Shown: positions 36,525-48,945, numbered from the stretch's first letter. The stretch is DNA of 64,000 nt from Ostrea edulis (GCF_947568905.1 NC_079164.1:25606001-25670000); one strand, 5' to 3'. The notes: generated by a model not told the origin, from the letters alone. Translations and numbers: made by a program.

Positions 36525-37019
36525 ATGTATACATGTAATTTAATCGTATGTGTTATTTTGACCGCGATTCCGGTATATAATTCTACAGCAGGATGTAACA
36601 TAAACGGGTAAGTAACCATGCTAATTATGACAGCTGGAGATTCTTCTTCTATCAACTTCAAATGTATACTGCACATATTTAATTGTATAAATTCATACTG
36701 TGCTGTATGTTGCATTGCCTTTATTTACTTTCATAAGTTTGTAGGTGAGTTTGAGTTTTACATTACAATGTACATTTGTCATATGTTACATATATGCTTG
36801 GAGGTGTGGCAGTTCATACAATTGTAACGGATAGAAAATAAGAACCGAGAATTTAAGGAGTAATTTACGTCTTCTGCAAGTCTTTCAAGTGCCGATTTTC
36901 TGTCGTTTTGTAATATACAGATGTGCCAGGAATATTTTGTTAATTTTCAAGGAATTCTAAATCGGTTAATTTTATCGACATTATCAACACCTGGCATATT
37001 AGCGAATTGAATTGAATGG

Positions 37020-37068
<49 letters not shown>

Positions 37069-40000
37069 CATAAAGACAACTAGAAAAACCACAAAAACTC
37101 AAAAGTTCCATGTTCATTTTGACCATACATGTATTTTATTGTGTAGAAGTAGGCAGAGCATACATAGACCTTCTCCTGAGGTAGAAGATGATAAAAATTT
37201 TAACATTATCAATCAAATTAGTTGCAAGTCTAGCAGAAATATCAAGAATAACTAAAAGTACATATAGCCTTAACTCGATATCTATAGCAAGCACAAGAAA
37301 ATATAAGTATCTATGACTCACGTGTAATGATAAAAAGGGTTAGATGTAACCGCGTTTACATAAATTGTATCTTTATACATTACGGCAAATGTAGCTATTT
37401 TCATTCCAGGTCTAACCCATGTGGAGAAAATTCCAGATTGTTGGAATCTGGAAAATGTGAAGGTAAATGCAATCCTAAATTTAAAAAAAATGAGTCCATC
37501 AGAGAAGCGTACTAGATTGCCGCGCTGTTAAAAGGTTTTATATCAAATCTAATAAGGTACCTCTTTTGAGGAAAGGTATAGATATATTTCTTCTTTCCAG
37601 CTTGCGAGGCTGGTAGATATGGTTGTAACTGCTCTCTACTCTGTCCCAACAATACATTTGGTGTAGGCTGTTACTCCACATGTAACTGTTCTGCTGATGA
37701 GATTTGTGATCCCGCAACAGGATGTACTAGCAACACCAGTGTTTCCTCATATACAACAGGTAAATTTCTCTATAAACATTTATATAACAGAGTTATGAAA
37801 CGGGTAATATTTTCTATTAGTTGAACAACAGATTGATTTCCCTATGAGCTATACAATAGATTTCCAGAGTTAGACAACATATTTCCCCATGTGCTATGTA
37901 ACAGGTAGATTTCCCATGCGTTATATAACGGGTAGCTTTCCCATGAGTGATATAACAGATAAATTTCCCATGAGTGATATAACAGGCAGATTTCCCATGA
38001 GTGATATAACGGGTAGATTTCCCATACGTTATATAACGGGTAGCTTTCCGATGCGTTATATAACAGGTAGATTTCCAATGCGTGATATAACGAGTAGATT
38101 TCCCATGCGTTATGTAACAGGTATATTTTCCATGCGTTATATAACGGGTATATTTCCCAAGCGTTATACAACGGGAAGATTTCCCATACGTTTTATAACG
38201 GGTACATTTCCCACATGTTATATAACAGGTAGATTTCTCATGTGTTATATAACGGGTAGATTTCTCTTGCGTTATATAACGGGTAGATTTCCCATGAGTT
38301 ATAAAACGGGTAGCTTTTCGATGCGTTATATAACAGGTAGATTTCCCATGCGTGATATATCGGGTAGATTTCCCATGCGTTATGTAACAGGTAGATTTTC
38401 CATGCGTTATATAACGTGTATATTTCCCAAGCGTTATACAACGGGTAGATTTCCCATGCGCTCTATAACGGGTAGATTTCCTACGCGTTATATAACAGGT
38501 AGATTTCTCATGTGTTATATAACGGGTAGATTTCTCTTGCGTTATATAACGGGTAGATTTTCCTTGTGTGTTATACAACATATATCCCCATGACTTATAC
38601 AACAGGCATATTTCCCTATGAGCACATTATCCTATCAGTTACAATTAGAATGGCGATTATATTTTCTCTAAATATACATTACTTGAAGTAAAACGCTCAT
38701 TGAGCGACCTGATTTGGAGACCAAAACCACTAGATACCGATATTTTCTTTCTCAAAAGTATTCTATGAATTATTAAAATCGATTTTGTAAGTTAATAGAT
38801 GATATAATAATTTTGTTACGTTTTACCGATTTCGTGGCAACATACACATTATGAAAGGTGGGGATAACGAACAGTATTCAATTCCATAACTCCTATAAGC
38901 AATACAAAAAATAGCGAGTTAAGGAAACACGGACTCTTGGACACACCACAGGCGGGATCAGGTGTCTAGGAGGAGTAAACATCCCCTGTCGACCGGTCAC
39001 ACCCACCATGAGCCCTATCTTTTGCTCAGGTAAACGGAGTGATCCGTAGTCAAAATCAGTGTGACAAGAACAGCCTAACAATCGGTATGAAATAAGTGAG
39101 ACAGCATTTGACCGAATGAAAGCTTGTATTGGCCAACTGCATCGTTATAGCGACCATAGAATTTGCGAAAAGCTGACTTTAAACGAGACTGTTGAAACCC
39201 CTGCACCATCAATTTGTTTGTCAGTAGCTTTCCTCGATTTTAGTTTGCCGTTAATAACTATCCAAGTATGAAGCAGATGTGGAAGACTCATGGTGTTTTT
39301 CATCTCGAGTTAACAGAGATATATCGAATCGACATTCGAATGAAAATGGTTGTTTTGTCCTCATCTAGAAATTTTTGAATTAAAGCTGACATGTATTAAT
39401 AAATATATACTACTCAAAATATGATAAGGATCATAGATATTTTTCTGTTAAAAAAATTAATAACTGCATAACTGGCAATATTGTGTCCAAGTGAAATAAA
39501 AAACGTCTTCAACAAACTCGCACGTACATTTCATGGCATGGGAAATGCGTTGCTCATCACAGTTTCTGCTTTTGCTACCATTGCATGATTTTCACTCAGG
39601 CATCGGTGTCTGATTCTTTCTAAAATTTCAAACTCACTTGAGTGTTTACACTACGTTTATCAACACAATGCCCCCTCAACGTGTAAGGCGTCGCCTGACG
39701 ACAGAACAACTGGGCAGATGTATTGGAATGCTTGACGCTGGCTATTCACAACGTGACGTTGCAAATGCACTAAACGTCAGTCAGAGTGTTGTAAATATGG
39801 CCTGGAACCGACAGCAAACTTTTGGCACAGCAACACACCGACATGGGGGTGGTCGTCAGAGGTCGACAACCCAACGCCAAGACCATTTGGTGGCTTTTCA
39901 GGCACGACGCCATCCCTTTGGGACAGGAACCAGCTTACGTAACGACCCCCTGAACGCCTCGGGGGTGAATTTCTCCACTCAGACGATGCGGAATCAGCTC

Positions 40001-41897
40001 CACAATGCAGGTCTCAACTCGAGAAGGGCACCTGTTCGAGTCCCTCTGACTGTTCGACACCGGCGGGAGCGATTGAACTGGGCTGAAGATCATGTAACTT
40101 GGACACAGAACGATTGGGTTCAAGTTCTGTTCACCGATGAGTCTAGGTATTGTTTGGACTTTACAGACAGGAGGCACCGAGTGTGGCGACGACAACGTGA
40201 ACGTTTCCATGATACCAACATCAGTGAACATGACTGTTATGGTGGTGGTTCCATCATGGTCTGGAGTGGACTCAGCAGGGATGGAAAAACAGATGTTCAT
40301 GTCCTGGAGAGAGGAACAATGCCGGGGGTGCGGTACCGGGATGAGATCCTCGATGTTTACGTCAGACCCTACGCCGGTGCTGTTGGCCCTGAGTTCATCC
40401 TGATGGATGATAACGCCCGTCCTCATCGCACCAGGGTGGTGGAGCAGTACCTTCAGCAGGAGATAATTTTCCGTATGGACTGGACAGCGCGCTCGCCGGA
40501 CTTGAATCCGATTGAGTATGTATGGAACATGCTGCAGGTTGCCCTTTCACGCCGTAGAGCACAACCCACGACTTTGACAGAGCTCGGAAACGCCCTCGTG
40601 GAAGAGTGGAACAACCTTCCCATTGGAAACATCCGGGTACTTATTGACACCATGGCTCGACGTTGTCAAGCCGTCATTGATGCAAGGGGAGGCCATACCC
40701 GGTATCGACACTTCATCGACTAAGTGTAATGATGGACTATCCCCCAAAACACTGTAATTCTTTCTCTGGTTTGCTGTTAACTTTTTGTAATGAAATGCCT
40801 TTTGGTGTTGTTATCAGATTTCAAGCATTCCGTATCGATCAAAGTGCATGCCGTTCATGAATTTTCATTCATAACCTGAGTAAACACGTTTCTGAGTCAA
40901 ATTTATGTCTTTTGTTATGTTAGTGGTAAATTACACACATATAACCTAGTGATCCTTATCAAATTTTGAGTAGTATAGTATAATTCTATAAGTCCGCCAT
41001 ATTTCTTTGCTAATCCGCCATATTATTTGGATATTCTATTGTTATATGTATCGGGGTTCGCATGGTATATAAGGGGACGACTTTATCTACGCTTCACTTC
41101 ACATCAGTTTCTTTGATTTATCTGTGTGGGTAGCTTCGACAGGTAAACACGTACATCTCCGATACTAATTTATAGGACATCAAAAGGAAATGAAATCACG
41201 CTTTGGAACACCACGCAGTGCTAAAAATTATAATAAGCATATCGCATAGTACTAAATTATTCTAGAGGTTTGGATAAATAAATATAGAATGCCTTTTCTT
41301 TACGTGAATGTTCGTACATTTGCAGTAAATATGTCAAAACTATACAAGAAAACGCGGAGAAATATTTCATCTATCATCTATTGATAAAATGGATTAAGCA
41401 AAAGGTATAAAATCTATACCATTCACACTTACTTCAAGCAAAATGCAAATACATAAATACTACTTTACTTATGCACGCGACATGTATGCTCGCCATGAAA
41501 ATGCATCGAATGCGGACGATTATTTACCTGGGTCTACTCGTAATATATGTAAAGGATCGCAGATGTACGTGTACACTTGTGGAAAATACTCTAAGTAGTA
41601 GTAAAACTCCCTTTATTTGCATAATCCATGAAACAAAACGATAAACTTCATTTGTATTTGTACAGTAAATGGCATCGCCCATAGTACAGACTGCGACACA
41701 CTTAGCCCGTGCCGATCAGCTATCTTCAATCAGGGGAAGTATGAGAGTATAATATTTACCCTGTATTGTGCATGAATCCTTATACCGTATGAGTTACTGG
41801 TCAGAGTACTGCAGATTTATAAATCAGGAAATCATTTAGGTACATAAATTGTTTGTGCATAGATAATTTGCTTATACAACACTGTACCAGTGCATGG

Positions 41898-41948
<51 letters not shown>

Positions 41949-44029
41949 TCAATCGGTGATCTTGTAATAATCACGCTCTTATCAAGACAAATTATATCGT
42001 TAATTCAATAAAATAGAACCGTAACTCAATATTGTTCTCATTGATTGATAATACAGATTTATTTGATTCATTTCAAGCACGCAATAATTAAAGATTAAAC
42101 ATATCTTTAAATAATGTTATTTTCAATTACTTCCTTTTATGCTAATTTGGCATTCAATAGATCTTTTATATATCTATGCTATTTTGCATTATTGCATTCT
42201 GCGTTGAACTCGACGCAAATTTATTATACTAATGCAAAATGTAATAATTAAGTTTATCATATTATGCGTCGCTATCAAACACATAGAATCAAGGTGAGGG
42301 GACAAGAGTGACTATCCCCCACCTTTAATAACAATATCCATTATTTGTTATTTTGTAATGCAAATAAAAGATATATTGGGTGACAACCCCTTCCTCCCAC
42401 TTGACCCCAGCTTAAACGTTCTGATATAATAGTAGAAGACACACACCACCACCAATTAAGAAAATGAAGATATTATGAGGCACTCATAGTAGAGGATTCT
42501 AACCACCCCATCCCACCCCCAACGATTGAATAAAATGAAGTGTAGGGAGAAATTATTGAGGCAGTCAAAGTAAAAGACTCGTTAACCCTTCACACCCACA
42601 TTAGGACTGAACATTGGACCAAACATCTTGGTTTTTTTTTTTATTTTATTGCTGTTTTCCTTCATCTTTTATTTCGAATGGCAAGAAATTTTGAAGAATC
42701 CATTTTTCATTTTTTTTTCTTCCTGTTGTACCCCCTCCCTCATGAAAAATGACAATACATGTCTGGTTATTACATGTACATTTTGCTTTGCAACATATGC
42801 ATGTATACTGATTGTATGGTGTAGAATTTCACCCTTTACCAAGTTTTCCTTCATTTATGCAGTGTAAGAAATGGTAAACTAAAATCACAAAACAAAATGC
42901 ATAAAGACCAAGATATATTTAAACGTAGGAATTTCATTCACGAATACATAAATACATGTCTTCAGAAAAATCGCATGCATGCATTGCAGGACTATATCAT
43001 ATGTGTGATTTAACGTTTCTATAACATGCCATAATGATTACTTTCAGGCTTGAGTGTAATTTATTCATAAATATTTTCATTTCGTAGATCTAGCGCAATG
43101 GATATATACTGAAATAAGACATACCTCTGTACGTCGAAATTTCAATTTCAAATGTATTCGATATATATAAGATGTTAGTATTCATAAATCAGTAAAATTC
43201 GTGTTAAGGTTTTATTTGATATGATACAGTGTCAATATACTGTAATGCATTAGTAAGATATGCAAAAGGCAAGAGTAGAAACATTTTCCTTTTTCATTAT
43301 TAGTATCAATATCTATATGATCACGAAAAAAAACACGATATAATTTATATCCGGATTCATATACCGATTTAGATATCAATAAAAACAAAGCTGCATAGTT
43401 TGGGGAGGGGGTTCTAATGGGTCTGATGAAATTAAAAGAAGGAACCCCACATTTACATTCAAACTAGATGTATTTCAAAATGATTTCATTTCTGCTCTGA
43501 CTGAAAGTATATGCATGATTCTAAAGTCGGGAACGAATCTTACATAGAAAATAATTAATAGGGGAACACATAAATTCGAGCTCCTTTGGAATTTAATGAA
43601 ATGTAGGTATGCCCATTTCTTTTGAAACGAATGGATATGTTGTTTTAGGCACCTATACAGGGGGTTTGGGTGGGCAGGGAGGCTGATCTGCTTTCCCCCA
43701 CGTTTTTGACAATTTACTTCTTTCCGTTATTCTAACATACAAAGTCAGTATTTTCTACATGCGCAGTTCAAAGCAAGGTGAAGACAACGATCAGTGATCA
43801 ATCTCATAACTCCTAAAAGCAATACAAAATAGATAGTTGGGCAAACAAAGCTATATTTTTTTAAATTGTAATGAATTCAATTATAAGCAGCAACTATTGT
43901 AAGTTTCCAATATATTGTAATTCACAAATTTTTAAGTAGCTGGAAATTTTTAATGCTTGTAAGCTTACATTTATATCAGTGATTGATTTTCTTTCCTTCT
44001 GTGAAATGATATATTGTACATACAAGTAA

Positions 44030-44080
<51 letters not shown>

Positions 44081-47000
44081 GTTAAGTCAATGAATATGGG
44101 CATACATAGACCGTAATTAAGTATATGGTCACCAAAGAGACAATGAAATTATATTTTCGTTTATACATTTCCTTTTATGTGTCTTTGTGTAATCAATTGT
44201 TTATTATTGATTGCAAATGCAATACCCGCATTTTCACACAGGTGTATATTTCTATCATTATTCCCTTATTTGTATATCCAAGTTTGTATATGATCATCAA
44301 TAAATTTTGAATTGTGCACGCAATATATCCAACCAGATGCTAGGTGTATATCATTAGATTCCCGATTTCTATAAACTGCAAAACCTCGACCAGACAAGCA
44401 TTCAATACAGGAAAACAAATATCGACTCTGACATCTCCCCTGATTGAAAACACCCTGTTTGGCCCTGGTGAAGTGTGTCGCAGTCTGTACAATGGAACGA
44501 CAACGTGTTGTAAAGTTCTAACGAGATACAAATAGGGTTTATCATTTTGTTTCGTGGATTCATCATAATAAAGAGAATCTAATATTTTCGGTAGGTGCAC
44601 ATCTCCGATACCTGTTGAGTAGACATCCGTATTTGATAAGTTTTACAGAATGGAACATTCTAATGTTTTACTGATGTAAAAGATGTGGTTGGTACAAAGA
44701 ACTTTTTAAGCTATTATTGTCTTATTTCAAAAGTACCCAAAAAGATTAAAAGACAAATTGCTGATTTTAAAAACAAAGTACATCATGAATTTTTGAGTCC
44801 AAATCAATGCATTGTACAGAAATGAACTCTAGTTCTAATGTTAAATTGTTATATCAAGTTTTGAAGGAAAAGGAGTTCATAGCCCCACAACTCAAAAGAG
44901 AGAAGTGGGAAACTTATCTCAGTGAAACTATTTCAGGAAAATGTTATACTTAATTTTACTGTATGAACGCATCATTAAGCACAAAGAAACAAAATTAATT
45001 GGTTTTCAATACCGTAGTATGTGTTATATAGCTACAAACTCTTTCCTTCACAAACTTAAAACTTGTAGACAATGACTTGTGTTCATTTTGCAAAAGCGAA
45101 AGAGAAACAGTCACTAATATTTTTTATGACTGTGCGTATGTATCTGCTTTCTGGAGAGATTTTGTGAAATGTTACAATGCACTTGAAAAAGATTATAAAA
45201 TCACAAAAAGAATTGTGTTGCTAGGCAATATTGATGGAAGCTGGTTGGAAAAATTTCTTCTTTTGTTAGCAATAGAGCACATCTATTACTCCAGATCACA
45301 GGGCTCAAAACCCAAATTGTCAGATGCAATTGATTTGTTTAAATACTATAGAAATTTATAAAACTATTGTCAAAATGTATTTCATAGCAAATCCAAAATG
45401 CTTGGTAAATGGGCATTGTATGATAATATAATGGACAAATAGTTTGTTGAAAATCACTATACATTTATATGAAAAATAAAACAATTACCTTTATCTTTAA
45501 ATTTCCATGTTTATGTGTGTATTTATATTTATGTGTGTGTATGTATATGTTATACATGTATATATTATATATACAATTCATTGTAATTGTTGATTTAGAA
45601 GGTGCACGGAGTAATTGCAAATGTGAATGAGCGAGTGAAGATTACAGTTTGTATGTATAAATGTTTTGAAAACACAAAAATAAAACATTAAAAAAACAAA
45701 GGAGCACAGTTCGTGCCCAGGGGATTTCCAAGAGACTGTAAGAAGACCTGATCACCAAAGACCACGAAGATTTTGTCAATGAGGAACTCCAGCATATTTT
45801 TTATTTCAACTTCAGAGTACTTGTGTATGGAATCAGAGCGGCGTTTACCAAAATATTTTTTGGGATGACTGATCACTAAATAGGAATATTTGCGTTTTCC
45901 ATTTTTGTTGATAAAGCAACTATCTATGATGTCAAAAAGTCTAGTCTTTAATTTATCGCGAGGAATGGTCGTGTAAAGAGTTGAAAAGTCGTACGTTTTG
46001 ATGTTGATTTGAGAAAGGTTTTGTGATTTCAAGTTTACTAAAAGTTCTTTGGAAGTTTTATTAGAATCCACATTTGATTTACACCACATCGGGCATATGT
46101 AGTTGCACAGTACGTTTGAGTAGAATAAATATTGATAACATGAACCCATTTCAATCCGTAGTAGTTTAAGTTAATCTTACTGAAAATCGTAGTCTGAACG
46201 CAATGCAGATTAGATATTGTGTGTGAAGTTTACTAATGTTATGCCAATCCCAGTTTGAACCACCCTAAGTAACACGATACGCGTAATCTCCAGTGATTTT
46301 CTTGATTGAAAAGAAATGTCAATTTAAACCAGACACAGTTGATCAGTCCCCATACAATTGTAGATGGATGGTCGTATAATCACTCATTACATCGAGTCAT
46401 ATGAAATGCAAAACATTTTGTATATGGCATTTTTAAATATTTCAATCCGACTCCTGTGTAACGACCATGGGTGTTTGTTTCTTTATGATAATTCAGACAA
46501 TATCATACATGTACCACATATCATCCGTCTACTGATTTGTTTATTTATCTAGAAGCTCAAGAGACGACAACAGTGCTGAGAAATAGTGCAGCGCCATTAG
46601 CGCCATTAAAGCCATTGAGGATGTTCAACATTGTTATTATTGCCTTAGCAGCCTCATTGGTAATAGTGGTTACGCTGAGCATTTCCTGCATAGTTATTGT
46701 ATTAAGGTAATGATAATTATCTATCATAATATCAGTTGTTGTGTCACAATATCCCTGTCTATTGTAGCTAAACTTTTAATTCTCTTTTTATGTCCCCCAC
46801 CTACTTGAAGATTCAGGGGCACATATTTTTGGTTTGTCTGTCTGTGTGTCTGCAAAACTTTAACACTAGTCCTAACTTTTGAATAGATGCTAATATAGCT
46901 TTTATATGTTACATGTGTAATGTATTCCTGGTGACATAACCTTCTTTGATTATCAAAAGATTTGACCTCGTGATCGTTTGACTTGTTTTTGAGTAATATA

Positions 47001-48945
47001 GACCAAAGCCATAACTTCTAAGTGTTTAGTAATATGTCTTTTATATTCCACATGTACATTCCTTTTGAAAAGACCTTTCTTTAAGTAACATTTTTTTAAA
47101 TACCTCATGACCTTGACCTATTACCTACTTTTGAAATGTTAACCTTGGTCAAAACCTTTGAACGGGTTGGACTAAGGCTTTGCTATTTCACATGTACGTG
47201 TCTTCTTTGTAATAATAGTTTTCATTTCTGAATTTGTAATTTTGACCTTGGGGTTTGACATACTTTTGAAAAACTTTAACCTTGGCCCTTATCAACTACG
47301 TCGCAATTCGGGTGCATCAGTGTTTTACAAGCACAGATTGTTTCATTGTGTGATTGTATGACTGAAAGTTAGGTTTAACAAAAGCCTTCAGAAATTTAAG
47401 ATAATTATCGATTCATATGGAGGACAAGTTGTAAAAGTGACAAACATCAAATGTCAATGTGTTTTTGAAAAGACTCTAGGGATTTGAAATTTTGGGAAAG
47501 TCACTCAACAGGAAAATAAGATTTAGCAACGCATAGATACATTGTACATGTATTTATTTTCACTATATTTTTTAGTGCTGTAATAACAACGCATAAATAC
47601 ATGTATTTATTTTTACTGTATTTGTCTGTAGACGAAACTCGAAAAAGGGGACAAAAACAGCTACGAGTAAGTGCCCTAATGTTTTTATTATCGTTGAAAT
47701 AACAGCGTGCCACTTCGCTTGATGGAGCGTGCAAATTTCAATCACTGATTGGTCATGTAGTTTCAGTAAAGTGAGTTTGGATGACCACGTTATGCCATTC
47801 TTTCAATGAAGCCGCACCTAAACATTTGCAGGGTGATCAAGCTGTCATGCTGTTACTGAAATAATTGCATTAATTATTGAAATAAAACTCACTGCAGTCA
47901 TTGTTACCATAAACTAATGGACAGTAAGATAAAAAAAAATCTAGTATGGAACACGTAATGTCAATTGCTGCGAAATGAAAAAAGCAGGCTCGCAAATTCA
48001 GCTCTAAAATTTTTAAAACTTTCCAAACTCATTGATGATGAATATCATCAATAGCATTAAAATCACCAACCTTTATCTCTTTATGACGTCACAATCCTAT
48101 TCTGTTGTATTATGACAAAATCATCTGCGACTATATTCTCTGTGTTTGAGATAGTGTAAATATGCTATATTATTCGCCAACTTTCGATTCAAATTTGCTG
48201 ATAAGATAAAGAGCAATCATTAATTATGTAATAATCAACAAAACATTTTTAAATCTGTGACTGAGTAGATATCATATAGATTGTTAAACATTCGCAATAT
48301 GTATCTATTCATAACAAAGTCTTGCAATTTCGCCCCGCTTCTAAGAAAGACTCTAATATTTCTATAAATATGTAGAGAAACAATGTGATAATTTATGAAA
48401 TTCCAAATTGATGGAATTGAAGTTATGCCATTCGCAAAATAAATCTTTAAAATGGATAAAGTTTTTGATTTTAAAAATACAACTTTGTAATACGGATTAA
48501 TACTGTATATTTGTAAAATTATCTTAACGATAGATATATATTATGAATAAAAGGTGTCATCAATTCTAACTATCGTTTAGAAACAAAGAACAGCGAAGAG
48601 ATGTCTGAGACCGCGGAACAAAATCCAGATTCCCATTCGTACCTTACCATCAGCGAAAGATCCTTTCGTCTGTATGCCGATGTTCACTATGACGAAGCGG
48701 AGGAAAGGAAGAGCTTAACATCAGTATCATTACACAGTAAGGGATACGATACCAGCGTCAGTGATAAAAGTGAAGGATCCGATGATTATCTAACACCGAC
48801 AGTAAAGACTGCCAAAAAAGACACAACCGGTAGTCAGTCATCTGTAACACCGACAGTAAAAACTGCCCAAAAAGATGCAACCGGTAGTCAGTCATCTGGC
48901 GATTATGACGATACCATCACAAAATGTTCAGAAACCTGTATCTGA
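36525..48945 (+). CDS. Gene D: chimeric receptor, class II (E/B-type) ectodomain spliced to C-type TM and tail Y (282 aa, open frame)
   Basis: Exons 36525-36607 (MYTCNLIVCVILTAIPVYNSTAGCNING), 37410-37462 (SNPCGENSRLLESGKCE), 37601-37759 (EGF-like), 46553-46706 (TM, in-frame 9-bp duplication), 47632-47666, 48581-48945. All GT-AG; 849 nt. No B-type TM exon and no C-type exons 1-3 were seen between 37760 and 46552. Confidence 0.75.
37024..37066. repeat. (GA)n microsatellite (further GA/CT runs at ~41901-41943, ~44033-44077, ~56529-56575, ~61082-61119, ~63205-63257)
   Basis: Pure dinucleotide runs at matching positions in the two units, with different lengths. Confidence 0.95.
37886..38570 (+). 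repeat. 27-bp minisatellite (~25 units) in gene D intron 3
   Basis: Consensus GCGTTATATAACRGGTAGATTTCCCAT; 9-aa periodicity (RYITGRFPM) in ORF 37889-38593. Confidence 0.95.
38857..39345 (-). mobile_element. Penelope-like 3' fragment in gene D intron 3
   Basis: Starts AAGGTGGGGATAACGAACAGT (3' end, reverse complement) where homology to gene B intron 3 stops. Confidence 0.85.
39408..40975 (+). mobile_element. Full-length Tc1 element (1568 bp) with 26-bp TIRs and TA target duplication
   Basis: Left TA|TACTACTCAAAATATGATAAGGATCA, right TGATCCTTATCAAATTTTGAGTAGTA|TA (1 mismatch). Confidence 0.95.
39668..40723 (+). CDS. Tc1 transposase, DD34E, uninterrupted 351-aa ORF
   Basis: N-terminal HTH region, VLFTDESRY, MDDNARPH and SPDLNPIE with 34 residues between D and E. 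The TGA stop of the 28-kb copy is CGA here, extending the ORF by 5 aa. Confidence 0.9.
   Translation: MPPQRVRRRLTTEQLGRCIGMLDAGYSQRDVANALNVSQSVVNMAWNRQQTFGTATHRHGGGRQRSTTQRQDHLVAFQARRHPFGTGTSLRNDPLNASGVNFSTQTMRNQLHNAGLNSRRAPVRVPLTVRHRRERLNWAEDHVTWTQNDWVQVLFTDESRYCLDFTDRRHRVWRRQRERFHDTNISEHDCYGGGSIMVWSGLSRDGKTDVHVLERGTMPGVRYRDEILDVYVRPYAGAVGPEFILMDDNARPHRTRVVEQYLQQEIIFRMDWTARSPDLNPIEYVWNMLQVALSRRRAQPTTLTELGNALVEEWNNLPIGNIRVLIDTMARRCQAVIDARGGHTRYRHFID
43774..43852 (-). mobile_element. Penelope-like 3' tip (copy at ~62947-63022)
   Basis: AAGGTGAAGACAACGATCAGTGATCAATCTCATAACTCC...TTGGGCAAAC. Confidence 0.75.
44639..46130. mobile_element. Duplicated L1/Tx1-like 3' fragment (+, 44639-45697) and Penelope-like fragment (-, 45698-46130)
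   Basis: Copies of 22470-23537 and 23538-23985; ORFs CSFCKSERETVTNIFYDC and YDFSTLYTTIPRDKLK..GTNCAP. Confidence 0.85.
46785..47343 (+). mobile_element. HINE-like element in gene D intron 4 (copy of 24619-25170)
   Basis: Same termini and subrepeats. Confidence 0.7.

Larger units (their letters stand above)
22470..44638 (+). repeat. Tandem segmental duplication, unit 1 (22.2 kb)
   Basis: Colinear with 44639-63819 over LINE, PLE, exons, HINE, intergenic DNA, Tc1 and microsatellites. Confidence 0.9.

Noticed and set aside
37147-37180. Extra exon between exons 1 and 2 of D
   Set aside because: 34 bp would shift the frame; exons 1 and 2 already join in phase 2.
37886-38570. CRISPR-like array
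   Set aside because: Head-to-tail repeats with no unique spacers, no cas genes, eukaryotic intron context.
37817-38602. Long ORFs on both strands (261 aa minus, 234 aa plus; also 57395-57886)
   Set aside because: They result from a 27-bp unit lacking stops in those frames. They are not linked in frame to exon 3 (TGA at 37822; TAG just before the array) and no compatible acceptor was found.
43894-44103. ORFs with ERERER or IYIYIY runs (also 37016, 56499, 62986, 6150, 6233)
   Set aside because: Translations of (GA)n and (TA)n microsatellites.
44340-44600. ORFs just left of the duplication junction (also 63525-63752)
   Set aside because: No recognisable domain or hydrophobic TM segment, and no convincing splice sites; not an alternative exon 4.
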